A DNA stretch of 64,000 bases, taken from NCBI GenBank assembly GCA_902591535.1, contig CACJBA010000003.1, positions 22,859 through 86,858 of the forward strand, read 5' to 3'. The notes beneath the pieces were generated by a model. The model made no database searches, had not been told where the DNA came from, and saw nothing but the letters and a program-made list of their open reading frames with translations. Below are positions 28,835 to 38,352 of the stretch, one piece after another (positions within the stretch are counted from its first letter, which is position 1; the number at the start of each line of letters is the position of its first letter). Source of the stretch: an uncultured Pelagibacteraceae bacterium (GTDB taxonomy: Bacteria; Pseudomonadota; Alphaproteobacteria; Pelagibacterales; Pelagibacteraceae). A program made the position numbers and the translations under genes.

Positions 28835-29272
28835 ATGAATACCTCTACATTTCATTGGTCTTGTAAACATACTTGGAAAAGAAGCGCAAAAAATACAGCT
28901 TGGTGTGTAGTTGGTTGTGCTATTGGAGACTTTGGAACAATATTATTTTTTCAATTAACTCAACTTCCTTTTCCAGTTTTAGGTATAATGATTTTAGCCA
29001 TAATCAATGGCCTGATTACAAGTATTATTTTAGAAACAATAATTTTAATGACACAGAATTTTAATTTTGTTAACGCATTTAAAACTGCTTGTGGCATGAG
29101 TTTAATTTCAATGATTAGCATGGAGATCATGATGAATCTGACTGACTATATTTTAACTGGTGGTGCAATCTTAACTTGGTGGGTAGTCCCAATAATGTTG
29201 ATTGTAGGTTTTTTAACTCCTTGGCCTTACAATTATTGGAGATTAAAAAAATTTGGTATTGCTTGTCATTAA
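28835..29272 (+). CDS. DUF4396 membrane protein
   Basis: TAWCVVGCAIGD, SMISMEI.MN, GFLTPWPYNYW. Confidence 0.8.
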   Translation: MNTSTFHWSCKHTWKRSAKNTAWCVVGCAIGDFGTILFFQLTQLPFPVLGIMILAIINGLITSIILETIILMTQNFNFVNAFKTACGMSLISMISMEIMMNLTDYILTGGAILTWWVVPIMLIVGFLTPWPYNYWRLKKFGIACH

Positions 29273-29274
29273 GA

Positions 29275-29802
29275 TTAAAGAATTTTCTTTATTAAATTGT
29301 CCCCAAAAAAAAGTTTGTGAATAATCACAGCAGTTATATGAATTACTATTAAACCTATAAGAATATAATTTGAAAGAATATGAATTTCATAAAACTGATC
29401 TGCTAAATCAAAATTTTCATTAATTTGGATTTCTCTAAAAATTATTGTTAATGTTTCCCCGTTAAATAATTTTTTTAATATTCCTGAAATTGTTATTGCC
29501 AATATAGTAATATATAAAAGCACATGGTTCATCTTTGCTAGAAATCTTTGTCCTTTAAAAATACTTGGATCTAATTTTGGAGTTGGATTAAGTATATTAT
29601 TTATTAACCTTATTATTATTATATAAAATATGGTTAAACCTAACGTAACGTGTATATCTTCAATGGTTATTCTTTGATCACCAAAATCTAGATCAACTAA
29701 ATAGAAACCCAAAGGTATTTGTATTAAAAGAATAATTGCGCTGAGCCAATGTAACACCTTTGAGATAATGCCATACTCTGTTACGGTGTTTGTTACATGC
29801 AT
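29275..29802 (-). CDS. Cytochrome b561 family protein
   Basis: YG...LHW, H..LGL, NH..LY, IH...IHITAV.IH heme ligands; 4 TM. Confidence 0.88.
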   Translation of the reverse strand: MHVTNTVTEYGIISKVLHWLSAIILLIQIPLGFYLVDLDFGDQRITIEDIHVTLGLTIFYIIIIRLINNILNPTPKLDPSIFKGQRFLAKMNHVLLYITILAITISGILKKLFNGETLTIIFREIQINENFDLADQFYEIHILSNYILIGLIVIHITAVIIHKLFFGDNLIKKIL

Positions 29803-30264
29803 ATTTTATTTAATCACATAAAAAAATATATTAAAATAATTATATTCTCAATTTTAAGTGTATTTTTCGTCTCATCTAGTAATGCCGAATTAACAGTTGA
29901 GGAGATTGTTAAAAGTAGACAAGCATTGTTTAGTAAAAACTATAGTACGGCTAAAAGGGTTCAAGCTTTTTCATCAAAAGGAGATTTTGAAAAAGCAAAA
30001 AAACTAATGATTGAAATGAGTGAAAATTATAAAGTTTTGATAGACCTATTTCCTGAAAATACTGAAGATGAATTTGATACTGAGGCTTTACCAACTGTTT
30101 GGGAAGAAAAAGATGCTTTTAATGCATTAATGACAAAAGCATCTGACAATATGATAAAACTTACGTCTATAATTGAAGATACTGATGATATAAGAGGCAC
30201 TCTGAAACAATTTATGTGGAGTAACTGTAAAGCTTGTCACAGTAAGTACAGAGAAGAACATTAG
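29797..30264 (+). CDS. Cytochrome c' (class II), start uncertain
   Basis: Signal peptide ending SSNA; LFPENT, TEALPTVW; C-terminal CKACHSKYR. Confidence 0.88.
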   Translation: MHILFNHIKKYIKIIIFSILSVFFVSSSNAELTVEEIVKSRQALFSKNYSTAKRVQAFSSKGDFEKAKKLMIEMSENYKVLIDLFPENTEDEFDTEALPTVWEEKDAFNALMTKASDNMIKLTSIIEDTDDIRGTLKQFMWSNCKACHSKYREEH

Positions 30265-30279
30265 TTACTAAAATCAAAA

Positions 30280-30807
30280 ATGATACCTCAAAAAGTTAAA
30301 GATCACATAGAAGAATATATTAGCCAAGAAGTTTATGTGCAAATAGCTATAATTAAAGGTAAAGAAAAGGTTTCAACAGAAACAGCTATAAATAAATACT
30401 TTAACACAAATCATTTTAGAGATTTTGCTGAGGGCAAACCATATTTTCATTTTATTGAAGGATTAAGAGATAAATGCCTTGGAAAAATTAAGAATTCTCC
30501 CATGAGAGATAAGGAAACAGAGGATGAGACTATAAAATTATTACAAAATAAATTAAATGATTTATCTGATATTGAGCTTGAAGACACATATTGGGAAATA
30601 GAAACAGGAGAATTTTTTTCAGGAGAGCAAATAAAAGAATTAGAAAAAAATTGTAGTGAATTAATTAAAGAGCTTAATTTTTCAAACAAAAATAAAAAAG
30701 AAGTGCAAAAAACCATCATGAGTTTTTGTGAAAACTATGAAAAGCTGTGTCAAAAAAAATACCCAGAAGCTCCACTTCCACTAGAAATATTAAAATCAGT
30801 AAGTTAG
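30280..30807 (+). CDS. Hypothetical protein
   Basis: 175-aa ORF with typical composition; no motif recognised. Confidence 0.7.
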   Translation: MIPQKVKDHIEEYISQEVYVQIAIIKGKEKVSTETAINKYFNTNHFRDFAEGKPYFHFIEGLRDKCLGKIKNSPMRDKETEDETIKLLQNKLNDLSDIELEDTYWEIETGEFFSGEQIKELEKNCSELIKELNFSNKNKKEVQKTIMSFCENYEKLCQKKYPEAPLPLEILKSVS

Positions 30808-30813
30808 TTTTTA

Positions 30814-30886
30814 AAGGGTTCGCTCTTTAAGCGTATACCTAAAGAGCTCCCTTGTATCGCCTCTTTGGCATTATAATCCCGAGAGG
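30814..30886. other. Two adjacent GC-rich hairpins (terminator and/or sRNA 3' domain)
   Basis: AAGGG..GCTCTTTA (30814-829) pairs with TAAAGAGC.CCCTT (30840-853); CCTCTT.GG (30860-868) pairs with CCGAGAGG (30879-886). Confidence 0.6.
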
Positions 30887-30928
30887 AATTTATTTTTCGT
30901 TATATTTTTGAAATATAAAGCTGTCCAG

Positions 30929-30958
30929 CTAAGTATCAGGTGGTGAAAGTATTAACAT
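30929..30958 (-). CDS. Putative micro-peptide MLILSPPDT
   Basis: Minus strand reads AGAAGGAGGT-TT-ATG TTA ATA CTT TCA CCA CCT GAT ACT TAG; TATAAT at 30988-30983 upstream. Confidence 0.4.
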   Translation of the reverse strand: MLILSPPDT

Positions 30959-31092
30959 AAACCTCCTTCTATAAAAAAGGTAATTATAATTTATACAATT
31001 TCAATTAATTTATTTTAATTTAGAGCAAATATATTTATTGAATACAACCTAATGCTTTTATAGATTCCCGGTAACTTGATTTGTTTTAAAAA

Positions 31093-31950
31093 TTATTTTT
31101 TATTTATTAATTCACTAATAAAATTTTCGCCGTAACCATCGTCAACAGCTTTTTGAAAATAATTTTTATTTAATTCAGCAACTTTTTCAGCTTCAGGAAA
31201 GTCTTTCAACAAGTCTTGAATATAAGTTAAATCTTTTACGGAATTACTTGCTGTAAATTTAAATCCAGTAAAATCACCTTTTAACAGATTATCAAAAACT
31301 CTATTAAGTGCTGCTGAATTTCCAGAACCAAGTTTTGCAACATCAAATACTTTTTTTAAATCTAAACCCATTTCTGTAGCACTTTTAGCTAAATGATTAA
31401 CTAATGCAGCATTTCCAAGGGATAAAAAATTATTTAAAAGTTTTGATTTTGCTCCCATACCCACGGGTCCAAAGTGAAAATATTGTTTACAGAAAAAACT
31501 AAAGTATGGCTCAGCGATTTTAAAATTTTCATCTGATGCCCCGACAATTCCTCCCAATATACCTTCCTCCGCTTGAACGGGTCCTCCCATTACAGGACAT
31601 TCAACATAATTAATATTTTTTACTTTGAATATTTCCTCTGTTTCCATTGATCCGGTTTTATTATGAGTAGTGATATCAATAATTAAAGTTTTTGTATCCA
31701 AAATATTAGATAGTTTTTCAGAAATTATTTTCGCTATGGGAGTATTGGTAACACACATGAACATCGCATCTAAATTTTTACTGTAAAAATCTTCAAAAGA
31801 TTTTACTTCTTCAGCTCCATCGCTAACAATTTTCTCAATTGGTTTCCTATTTTTATTAGCAATGACAAAAAGATTATTTTTATGTTTTAAAATATTTTTA
31901 GCTATCCCATAGCCCATATAACCAACACCAATAAATCCAATATTTTTCAT
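31093..31950 (-). CDS. Beta-hydroxyacid dehydrogenase family (NAD(P)-dependent)
   Basis: IGFIGVGYMG, ECPVMGGP, KLLNN, KDL. Confidence 0.85.
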   Translation of the reverse strand: MKNIGFIGVGYMGYGIAKNILKHKNNLFVIANKNRKPIEKIVSDGAEEVKSFEDFYSKNLDAMFMCVTNTPIAKIISEKLSNILDTKTLIIDITTHNKTGSMETEEIFKVKNINYVECPVMGGPVQAEEGILGGIVGASDENFKIAEPYFSFFCKQYFHFGPVGMGAKSKLLNNFLSLGNAALVNHLAKSATEMGLDLKKVFDVAKLGSGNSAALNRVFDNLLKGDFTGFKFTASNSVKDLTYIQDLLKDFPEAEKVAELNKNYFQKAVDDGYGENFISELINKK

Positions 31951-31964
31951 AATTATCTCATCAA

Positions 31965-32831
31965 TTAACTTTTCTTAATTCCCTCTGTTCGAATAAACAT
32001 TATACCAAAAATTATAATCCCTATTACACCAACAATTTTATTATAATCGAATGGTACACCAAATATTAAAAAATTTATAATTGTTGACCAAACCAATTGT
32101 GAATATTGAAAATTTGTTACAAAAGATAAATTAGACAGCTGAATAGCATAAATAATCAAAGAATGACTTACAAAACCTGCCACACCAATTAATATTAGAT
32201 ATAACCAGAAGATGTTTTTTTCCAATGGAACCCAATTGAAAAATATAAATACACTAAAAATAATTGCACCCAGAATAGACGTATAAAAAATTGCAGCAAA
32301 AGGATCATTATCACCTGATAATAGTTTAGTAAAAAATTGATATAGAGCCCAGCAAATTGGTGGAACTATTGGAAAAATTAAATCAACACTAAATATTCTC
32401 ATACTTGGGCCTAATGAGTAAATAATTGATCCAAAACTAAGCAACATCAAAATTATACCCTTAGGGGTTAATATGTCTTTTAAAAAGTATGCTGAAAGTA
32501 ATGAGACAATTAATGGAGCTGTGAAGAAAACAACATAAATATCTACCAAATCAAATTTTTGTAAAGAATAAAACATAAATGAAGTAGCAGTAATCATTAA
32601 AGTTGATCTTATTATTTGAACTTTAAAATTTTTTTTTAAGTTTACTTTTGGTTTAAAAATTAAAAAAAATATAATTAAAGAAACTAGGTGAAAAAAAAAC
32701 CTTCCCCAAATTGCTTGAGTAATTGGCATTACAGTCCCAAGGTATTTTGCCATAGAGTCCATACAAACAAACATGAAAAAACCACCGGCAGCTAATAAAA
32801 TTACATTAATTAGTGATGTTTGTTGTGGCAC
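31965..32831 (-). CDS. DMT/EamA family transporter
   Basis: About 10 TM segments; DSMAKYL, FQYSQLVW; GTG start. Confidence 0.85.
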   Translation of the reverse strand: MPQQTSLINVILLAAGGFFMFVCMDSMAKYLGTVMPITQAIWGRFFFHLVSLIIFFLIFKPKVNLKKNFKVQIIRSTLMITATSFMFYSLQKFDLVDIYVVFFTAPLIVSLLSAYFLKDILTPKGIILMLLSFGSIIYSLGPSMRIFSVDLIFPIVPPICWALYQFFTKLLSGDNDPFAAIFYTSILGAIIFSVFIFFNWVPLEKNIFWLYLILIGVAGFVSHSLIIYAIQLSNLSFVTNFQYSQLVWSTIINFLIFGVPFDYNKIVGVIGIIIFGIMFIRTEGIKKS

Positions 32832-32843
32832 AGAAAATATTAA

Positions 32844-34349
32844 TTACATTACAACGCCTACTTGCCAAGGATTAAATTCCTCGTCACCGTAGCCGTTGAT
32901 TTCACTTTTTGATTTATTTCCTGAAGCAGTATTTACAATTAATTCAAATATTTTTTGACCAACTTCTTCAACTTTTTCTTTTCCTTCAGCAATTGTCCCA
33001 CAATTAATATCCATATCTTCAGACATTCTTTCAAACATGGCTGAGTTAGTAGAAAGTTTTAAACTTGGTACTGGTTTACAACCAAAGCAAGATCCACGTC
33101 CAGTTGTAAAACAAATTACATTTGCACCTGATGCGACTTGACCTGTAACTGATACAGGATCATAACCAGGTGAATCCATAAAATTAAAACCTTTGTTTTT
33201 TAAAGGTTCTGCATAATGTAATACATCTTGAAGAATAGAATTCCCACCTTTTGCAACAGCACCTAAAGATTTTTCTAATATAGTAGTAAGACCACCTTTT
33301 TTATTTCCTGGTGCTGGATTGTTATCCATCGAACTATTATTAATTGAAGTATAATGCCTCCACCATTCGATCCTTTTAATTAATTTATCAGCAGTCTCTT
33401 GCGAGTTAGCTCTATTAATTAACAAATGTTCAGCACCATAAATCTCCGGAGTTTCAGATAAAATTGCACTTCCACCTTTTTTAACCAATAGATCTGCCGC
33501 CACTCCTAAAGCAGGATTTGCAGTTATTCCCGAATACCCATCAGAACCTCCACATTGAAGAGCTAAAGTTAAGTGACTTACTGGTTGAGAAGTTCTTTGG
33601 ACCTTATTTGCCTCAGAAAGTAAATTTTTAATTTGTGATAATACTTTATCTACAATTTTTTTAGTTCCACCTTCATCTTGAATAGTCAAAAAATGTATTC
33701 GGTTATGTTTTTTTAAAGACTCATCAAATAAACTTACTTGGGCGCATTCACAACCAAGACCAATTACAAAAACATGAGAAAAGTTTGGATGATTTTTAAA
33801 TCCGTCTATAGTTCTTTGGAAAATTTGCATTCCTTCACTTTCTGTATTCATTCCACATCCAGTTGAATGAGTAATTGGTACTATGCCGTCGATGTTTGGA
33901 TAATCTTTTAAAATGTTAGAATATTTTATCTTCTCAACAATCATTTTTGTGACAGTTGCTGAGCAATTTACGGTGCTCACTATTCCAATATAATTTCTAG
34001 TAGCGACCTGTCCATTATCTCTTAATATTCCATTAAAGAAGGTGTCTGCTTTTTCATCAACAATGTGCTTTTTATCTGTAACTTTAAAATCTCTTTTGAA
34101 TTCTCTGAATTCTAAATTATGTGAATGAACATGTTGTCCTGGTTTAATATCATCTAATGCAAAACCAATAATTTGATCATATTTAATGATTGGATCACCT
34201 TTTTTAATTGTTTTTAAACAAACTTTATGTCCAAAAGGGATTGGATCGATGGTACTAATCTCATAACCTTCAATTTTAGTTTTTTCAGGAATAATAAATT
34301 GGCTTACACCCACATTGTCATTCTTATTTAAAACTATTAGATTATTCAT
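32844..34349 (-). CDS. uxaA: UxaA/GarD family sugar-acid dehydratase with SAF domain
   Basis: DNVG, IPFGHK, HVHSHN, LQCGGSDG, SETPEIYGAE, EKSLG, FTTGRG. Confidence 0.88.
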   Translation of the reverse strand: MNNLIVLNKNDNVGVSQFIIPEKTKIEGYEISTIDPIPFGHKVCLKTIKKGDPIIKYDQIIGFALDDIKPGQHVHSHNLEFREFKRDFKVTDKKHIVDEKADTFFNGILRDNGQVATRNYIGIVSTVNCSATVTKMIVEKIKYSNILKDYPNIDGIVPITHSTGCGMNTESEGMQIFQRTIDGFKNHPNFSHVFVIGLGCECAQVSLFDESLKKHNRIHFLTIQDEGGTKKIVDKVLSQIKNLLSEANKVQRTSQPVSHLTLALQCGGSDGYSGITANPALGVAADLLVKKGGSAILSETPEIYGAEHLLINRANSQETADKLIKRIEWWRHYTSINNSSMDNNPAPGNKKGGLTTILEKSLGAVAKGGNSILQDVLHYAEPLKNKGFNFMDSPGYDPVSVTGQVASGANVICFTTGRGSCFGCKPVPSLKLSTNSAMFERMSEDMDINCGTIAEGKEKVEEVGQKIFELIVNTASGNKSKSEINGYGDEEFNPWQVGVVM

Positions 34350-34395
34350 AAAATTATTATATAACTATAAATCTAAACAAACCATTATTTAAATT

Positions 34396-36180
34396 ATGCC
34401 TAAAAAAAGAAAAAAAAGTTTTAGAAGTCAACAATGGTTCAATAATCCAAAAAACCCTGACATGACGGCTTTATATCTGGAAAGATATTTAAATTATGGT
34501 CTCACAAGAAAAGAATTGCAATCTGGAAATCCAATTATAGGAATAGCTCAATCCGGAAGTGATCTTTCTCCGTGCAATAGGCATTTCATGTCTTTGAGCA
34601 AAAGGATAAAAGACGGAATTAGAAGAGCAGGTGGTATACCAATGGAATTTCCTACTCACCCAATTCAAGAAACTGGAAAAAGACCAACAGCAATGTTGGA
34701 TAGAAATCTTTCTTATTTATCATTAGTTGAAGTTTTATATGGTTATCCAATAGATGGAGTTATCTTAACCACAGGATGTGACAAAACTACTCCAGCAGCT
34801 TTGATGGCTGCAGCAACTGTAAACATTCCTGCAATAGTTTTATCAGGTGGTCCAATGTTGGATGGAGTTTACAAAGGAAAATTAGCTGGCTCAGGAATGG
34901 TAGTTTGGGAAGCTAGAAAAATGTTAGCCAAAGGAGAAATTAAATACGAGGAATTTATGGATATGGTTGCATCGTCTGCGCCAAGTGCAGGTCATTGCAA
35001 CACTATGGGAACAGCTTCCTCAATGAACTCTGTTGCAGAGGCATTAGGAATGTCTTTACCAGGAGGTGCAGTTATTCCAGCTCCTTATAGAGAAAGAGAG
35101 CAAATTTCTTATGAAACAGGAAAAAGAATTGTTGGAATGGTTCATGAAGATTTAACCCCATCAAAAATTTTGACACGTAAAGCTTTTGAAAATGCAGTCG
35201 TAGTTGCGAGTGCTATTGGTGGATCTAGTAATTGTACAGCTCATCTAAGTGCTATTGCAAAACATATGGGAATTAAATTTGATCTTTCTGATTGGCAAAA
35301 ACTTGGGCACAACATTCCTTTATTGGTAAATTGCCAACCTGCAGGAGAATACTTAATGGAAAGTTTTCATAGAGCCGGAGCAATACCTGCTGTAATGAGG
35401 GAATTAATTAAAAATAAAAAAATCCATACAAATATTAAGACAGTTACAGGAAAAACTGTAGGAGAAAATTTAAGAAAGAAAGTTGATGTAGATAACAAAG
35501 TAATTAAAACATTTAAGAATGCATTGACTGAAAAAGCTGGTTTTTTAGTTATGAAAAGCAACTTTTTTTCATCTGCTATCATGAAAACATCTGTAATCAG
35601 TAAAGAATTTAGAGATCAATACTTATCAAATCCTAAACACCCAAATGTTTTTGAATGTAAAGCTATAGTTTTTGAAGGTCCTGAGGATTATCATAAAAGA
35701 CTTAATGATAAGAAGTTAAAAATAGATGAAAACTCACTATTGATTATTAGAGGCTGTGGACCTGTTGGTTATCCTGGATCAGCTGAAGTGGTTAACATGC
35801 AACCACCAGACAGATTATTAAAAAAAGGAATTAGACATTTACCAACTTTGGGAGATGGAAGACAGAGCGGTACATCAGAAAGCCCGTCAATACTTCATGT
35901 TTCACCAGAATCAGCGGTAGGCGGAGATCTAGGCATTGTTAAAACTTACGATAAAATAAAAATAGACTTAAATAAGAGAAGAGTTGATTTATTGATTTCT
36001 CAAGCTGAATTTAAAAAACGAAGAAAAAACAAAAAAGTATTTAAACCAAATAATCAAACTCCTTGGCAGGAAATATTTAGAAATACTGTTGGTCAATTGG
36101 ATGATGGTGCATGTATTAATTCTCGAGGTAAATATTTAGACATATCACATACCAAAGGCTTACCAAGAGATTCTCATTAA
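34396..36180 (+). CDS. xylD: IlvD/Edd family aldonate dehydratase, D-xylonate dehydratase-like
   Basis: DMTALYLERYLNYG, PIIGIAQ.GSD.SPCN, GCDKT, GHCNTMGTAS, DGRQSGTS; resembles Caulobacter XylD from memory. Confidence 0.75.
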   Translation: MPKKRKKSFRSQQWFNNPKNPDMTALYLERYLNYGLTRKELQSGNPIIGIAQSGSDLSPCNRHFMSLSKRIKDGIRRAGGIPMEFPTHPIQETGKRPTAMLDRNLSYLSLVEVLYGYPIDGVILTTGCDKTTPAALMAAATVNIPAIVLSGGPMLDGVYKGKLAGSGMVVWEARKMLAKGEIKYEEFMDMVASSAPSAGHCNTMGTASSMNSVAEALGMSLPGGAVIPAPYREREQISYETGKRIVGMVHEDLTPSKILTRKAFENAVVVASAIGGSSNCTAHLSAIAKHMGIKFDLSDWQKLGHNIPLLVNCQPAGEYLMESFHRAGAIPAVMRELIKNKKIHTNIKTVTGKTVGENLRKKVDVDNKVIKTFKNALTEKAGFLVMKSNFFSSAIMKTSVISKEFRDQYLSNPKHPNVFECKAIVFEGPEDYHKRLNDKKLKIDENSLLIIRGCGPVGYPGSAEVVNMQPPDRLLKKGIRHLPTLGDGRQSGTSESPSILHVSPESAVGGDLGIVKTYDKIKIDLNKRRVDLLISQAEFKKRRKNKKVFKPNNQTPWQEIFRNTVGQLDDGACINSRGKYLDISHTKGLPRDSH

Positions 36181-36181
36181 T

Positions 36182-37150
36182 ATGAGGCCAAAAATATTAG
36201 TTTCTAGAAAAATCTCAGATTTAGCAGAAGAAAAACTTCAAAAAGAATTTGAAGCAACGCTTAATCCAAAAGACGAACCCATTCCAGAAAGCGAATTAAT
36301 AAAAATTGTTAATGATTATGATGGAATGATTTCAACAGGATTTGATAAAATCAGTGAAAATTTTTTTAATAATTTAAATGGTAAATTAAAAATCATAGCT
36401 CAAGTTGGTGTTGGCTATGACAATATTTCAATTAAATCTGCTGAAGAAAAAAAAATTAAAGTAACAAATACTCCAAATGTATTAAATGAAGCAGTTGCAG
36501 AAACTACAATCCTTTTAATATTAGCTGCATCCAGAAGAATCGGTGAAGCTTATAACTTAGTTAGAGCTGATGATTGGAAAAATCAAAAACCAGACCTTAC
36601 TAAATTTATGATTGGAAATTCTGTAACAGGGAAAACCTTAGGTATCATTGGTATGGGTCGTATCGGTAGAATGGCTGCAAAATCTGCTAAGGCATTTGGT
36701 ATGAAGATTATTTATTACAATAGAAACAAACTTTCTGATGATCTAGAGGATGGTGCAAAGTATTATTCTGATATAAATACAATGCTACCAGAGTGTGATT
36801 TTTTAAGTATTCACACACCTGCAACAGCTGAAACAAAAAACATCCTTAATGAATCAACAATAAGTTTGCTACCAAAGCATGCTGTAGTTATTAATACTTC
36901 AAGAGGATCAACTATTGATGACGATGCATTGATAGATGCACTAGAAAATAAAAAAATTTATGCAGCAGGTTTAGATGTTTTTAATAATGAACCAAACTTA
37001 GATAAAAGATATTTAAAATTAGATAATTGTTTTGTCCTACCTCACATCGGAAGTGCAACACATGAGACAAGATTGGCCATGAGCATGATGGCAGTAGATA
37101 ATATTTATTGCTATTTCAACAAAAAACCTCTTATTTCAGAAGTAGTTTAA
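36182..37150 (+). CDS. D-2-hydroxyacid dehydrogenase (glyoxylate/hydroxypyruvate/2-ketoaldonate reductase)
   Basis: VGYDN, NTPNVL, GMGRIG, NTSRG, GLDVFNNEP, PHIGSAT. Confidence 0.9.
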   Translation: MRPKILVSRKISDLAEEKLQKEFEATLNPKDEPIPESELIKIVNDYDGMISTGFDKISENFFNNLNGKLKIIAQVGVGYDNISIKSAEEKKIKVTNTPNVLNEAVAETTILLILAASRRIGEAYNLVRADDWKNQKPDLTKFMIGNSVTGKTLGIIGMGRIGRMAAKSAKAFGMKIIYYNRNKLSDDLEDGAKYYSDINTMLPECDFLSIHTPATAETKNILNESTISLLPKHAVVINTSRGSTIDDDALIDALENKKIYAAGLDVFNNEPNLDKRYLKLDNCFVLPHIGSATHETRLAMSMMAVDNIYCYFNKKPLISEVV

Positions 37151-37271
37151 GCAACTTCAAGTTGTGTGTTTAGAGAATATATATAATTTCTATATATAAG
37201 TTAAATGAATCCGTTGATCTCAAAAATCTTTTATGATTAACTTTCAAAAAAACATAAACGAGAGGAAGATA

Positions 37272-38288
37272 ATGTTTAAACTTATATCTAAAACTATAGC
37301 AGCAGTAGCTATTGTTTCAGTTGCTTTATTTGGCTCTGCAAATGCAAAGACTTTAAAGATTGAAACACACTTTACTGCTAGTTCACCAAATGGTGAAGTT
37401 GCGGCTCAATTCGCTAAAAACGTGGAAGAGTTTTCTGGCGGAAGCTTAAAAATACAAATGTTCTACTCATCATCAGTAACTGGTAAATCTGCTGAGGTAT
37501 TTAACTCTGCACAAACTGGAATTATTGATTGTGATATGACTGGTGCAGGTTACCAAACTGGTAAAAATGCAGCATTCCAATTCGCAGGCGATGTAATGGG
37601 AGGATACGATAACCCATATCAACAATATGATTTCTTGAAATTCCCAGGAGCTCAAGAAGCAGTTGATGCACTTTATAACAAATATGGAATGACTTTAATT
37701 GGTTGGTGGATACCAGGACATGAGTCTTTAATATCTAGCAGACCGATTCCAGATGTTGCCTCATTGAAAGACTTTAAATTCAGATCACCTCCAGGAATGG
37801 AAAGTATGATCTTTACAGCATTAGGTGCTAAGCCAATTGTTATGGACTTTGGTGAAGTTCCTACAGCTTTACAAACTGGTCTTATCGATGGTGCTGATTA
37901 TTCATCTTTAGCAACTAACTATGCAGGTGGACACTATGAGCAAAACAAATATGCTACATATCCAGGTTTCCACTCTATGCCAGCTGACCACTTAGCTTGT
38001 AACACTAAAGTTTGGAACAAGTTAAAACCTCACGAAAGAGGAGCGATGAAAGCTGGAATAGAAATTGCTGGTAGAACTATTACTAGTTTAGTTGAAAGAA
38101 AAAACGCTGAAGCTGTAAAAGCTTTAAATGAGATGGGAGTTACTCTTCATGATTGGTCTAGAGAAGATAGACTTAAATTCAGACAAGCTGCTTTAGGAGC
38201 TTGGGAAGAATGGAAGAAAAAATCTCCAGAGGCAGCTGAGCTTATTAAGATACATACTGCTTATATGAAAGCTAATGGTATTATGTAA
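37272..38288 (+). CDS. dctP: TRAP transporter substrate-binding protein
   Basis: Start reassigned to ATG 37272 (SD GAGAGGA); signal peptide; KFRSPPG Arg; ALQTGLIDG. Confidence 0.92.
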   Translation: MFKLISKTIAAVAIVSVALFGSANAKTLKIETHFTASSPNGEVAAQFAKNVEEFSGGSLKIQMFYSSSVTGKSAEVFNSAQTGIIDCDMTGAGYQTGKNAAFQFAGDVMGGYDNPYQQYDFLKFPGAQEAVDALYNKYGMTLIGWWIPGHESLISSRPIPDVASLKDFKFRSPPGMESMIFTALGAKPIVMDFGEVPTALQTGLIDGADYSSLATNYAGGHYEQNKYATYPGFHSMPADHLACNTKVWNKLKPHERGAMKAGIEIAGRTITSLVERKNAEAVKALNEMGVTLHDWSREDRLKFRQAALGAWEEWKKKSPEAAELIKIHTAYMKANGIM

Positions 38289-38308
38289 TTAAGAGTTCCA
38301 AAAAATTT

Positions 38309-38330
38309 GAAGGGCCTGAAAAGGCCCTTC
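38309..38330 (+). terminator. Stem-loop after dctP (partial terminator/mRNA stabiliser)
   Basis: GAAGGGCCT-GAAA-AGGCCCTTC, a perfect 9-bp stem with GNRA loop. Confidence 0.8.
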
Positions 38331-38352
38331 TTATCAATAAAATTTTTTAGCT

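Noticed and set aside
30808-31092. tRNA, tmRNA, SRP, RNase P or 6S RNA, or a type I toxin
   Set aside because: No cloverleaf, tag peptide or conserved motifs recognised; the peptide is too short for a membrane toxin. An Infernal search is still needed.
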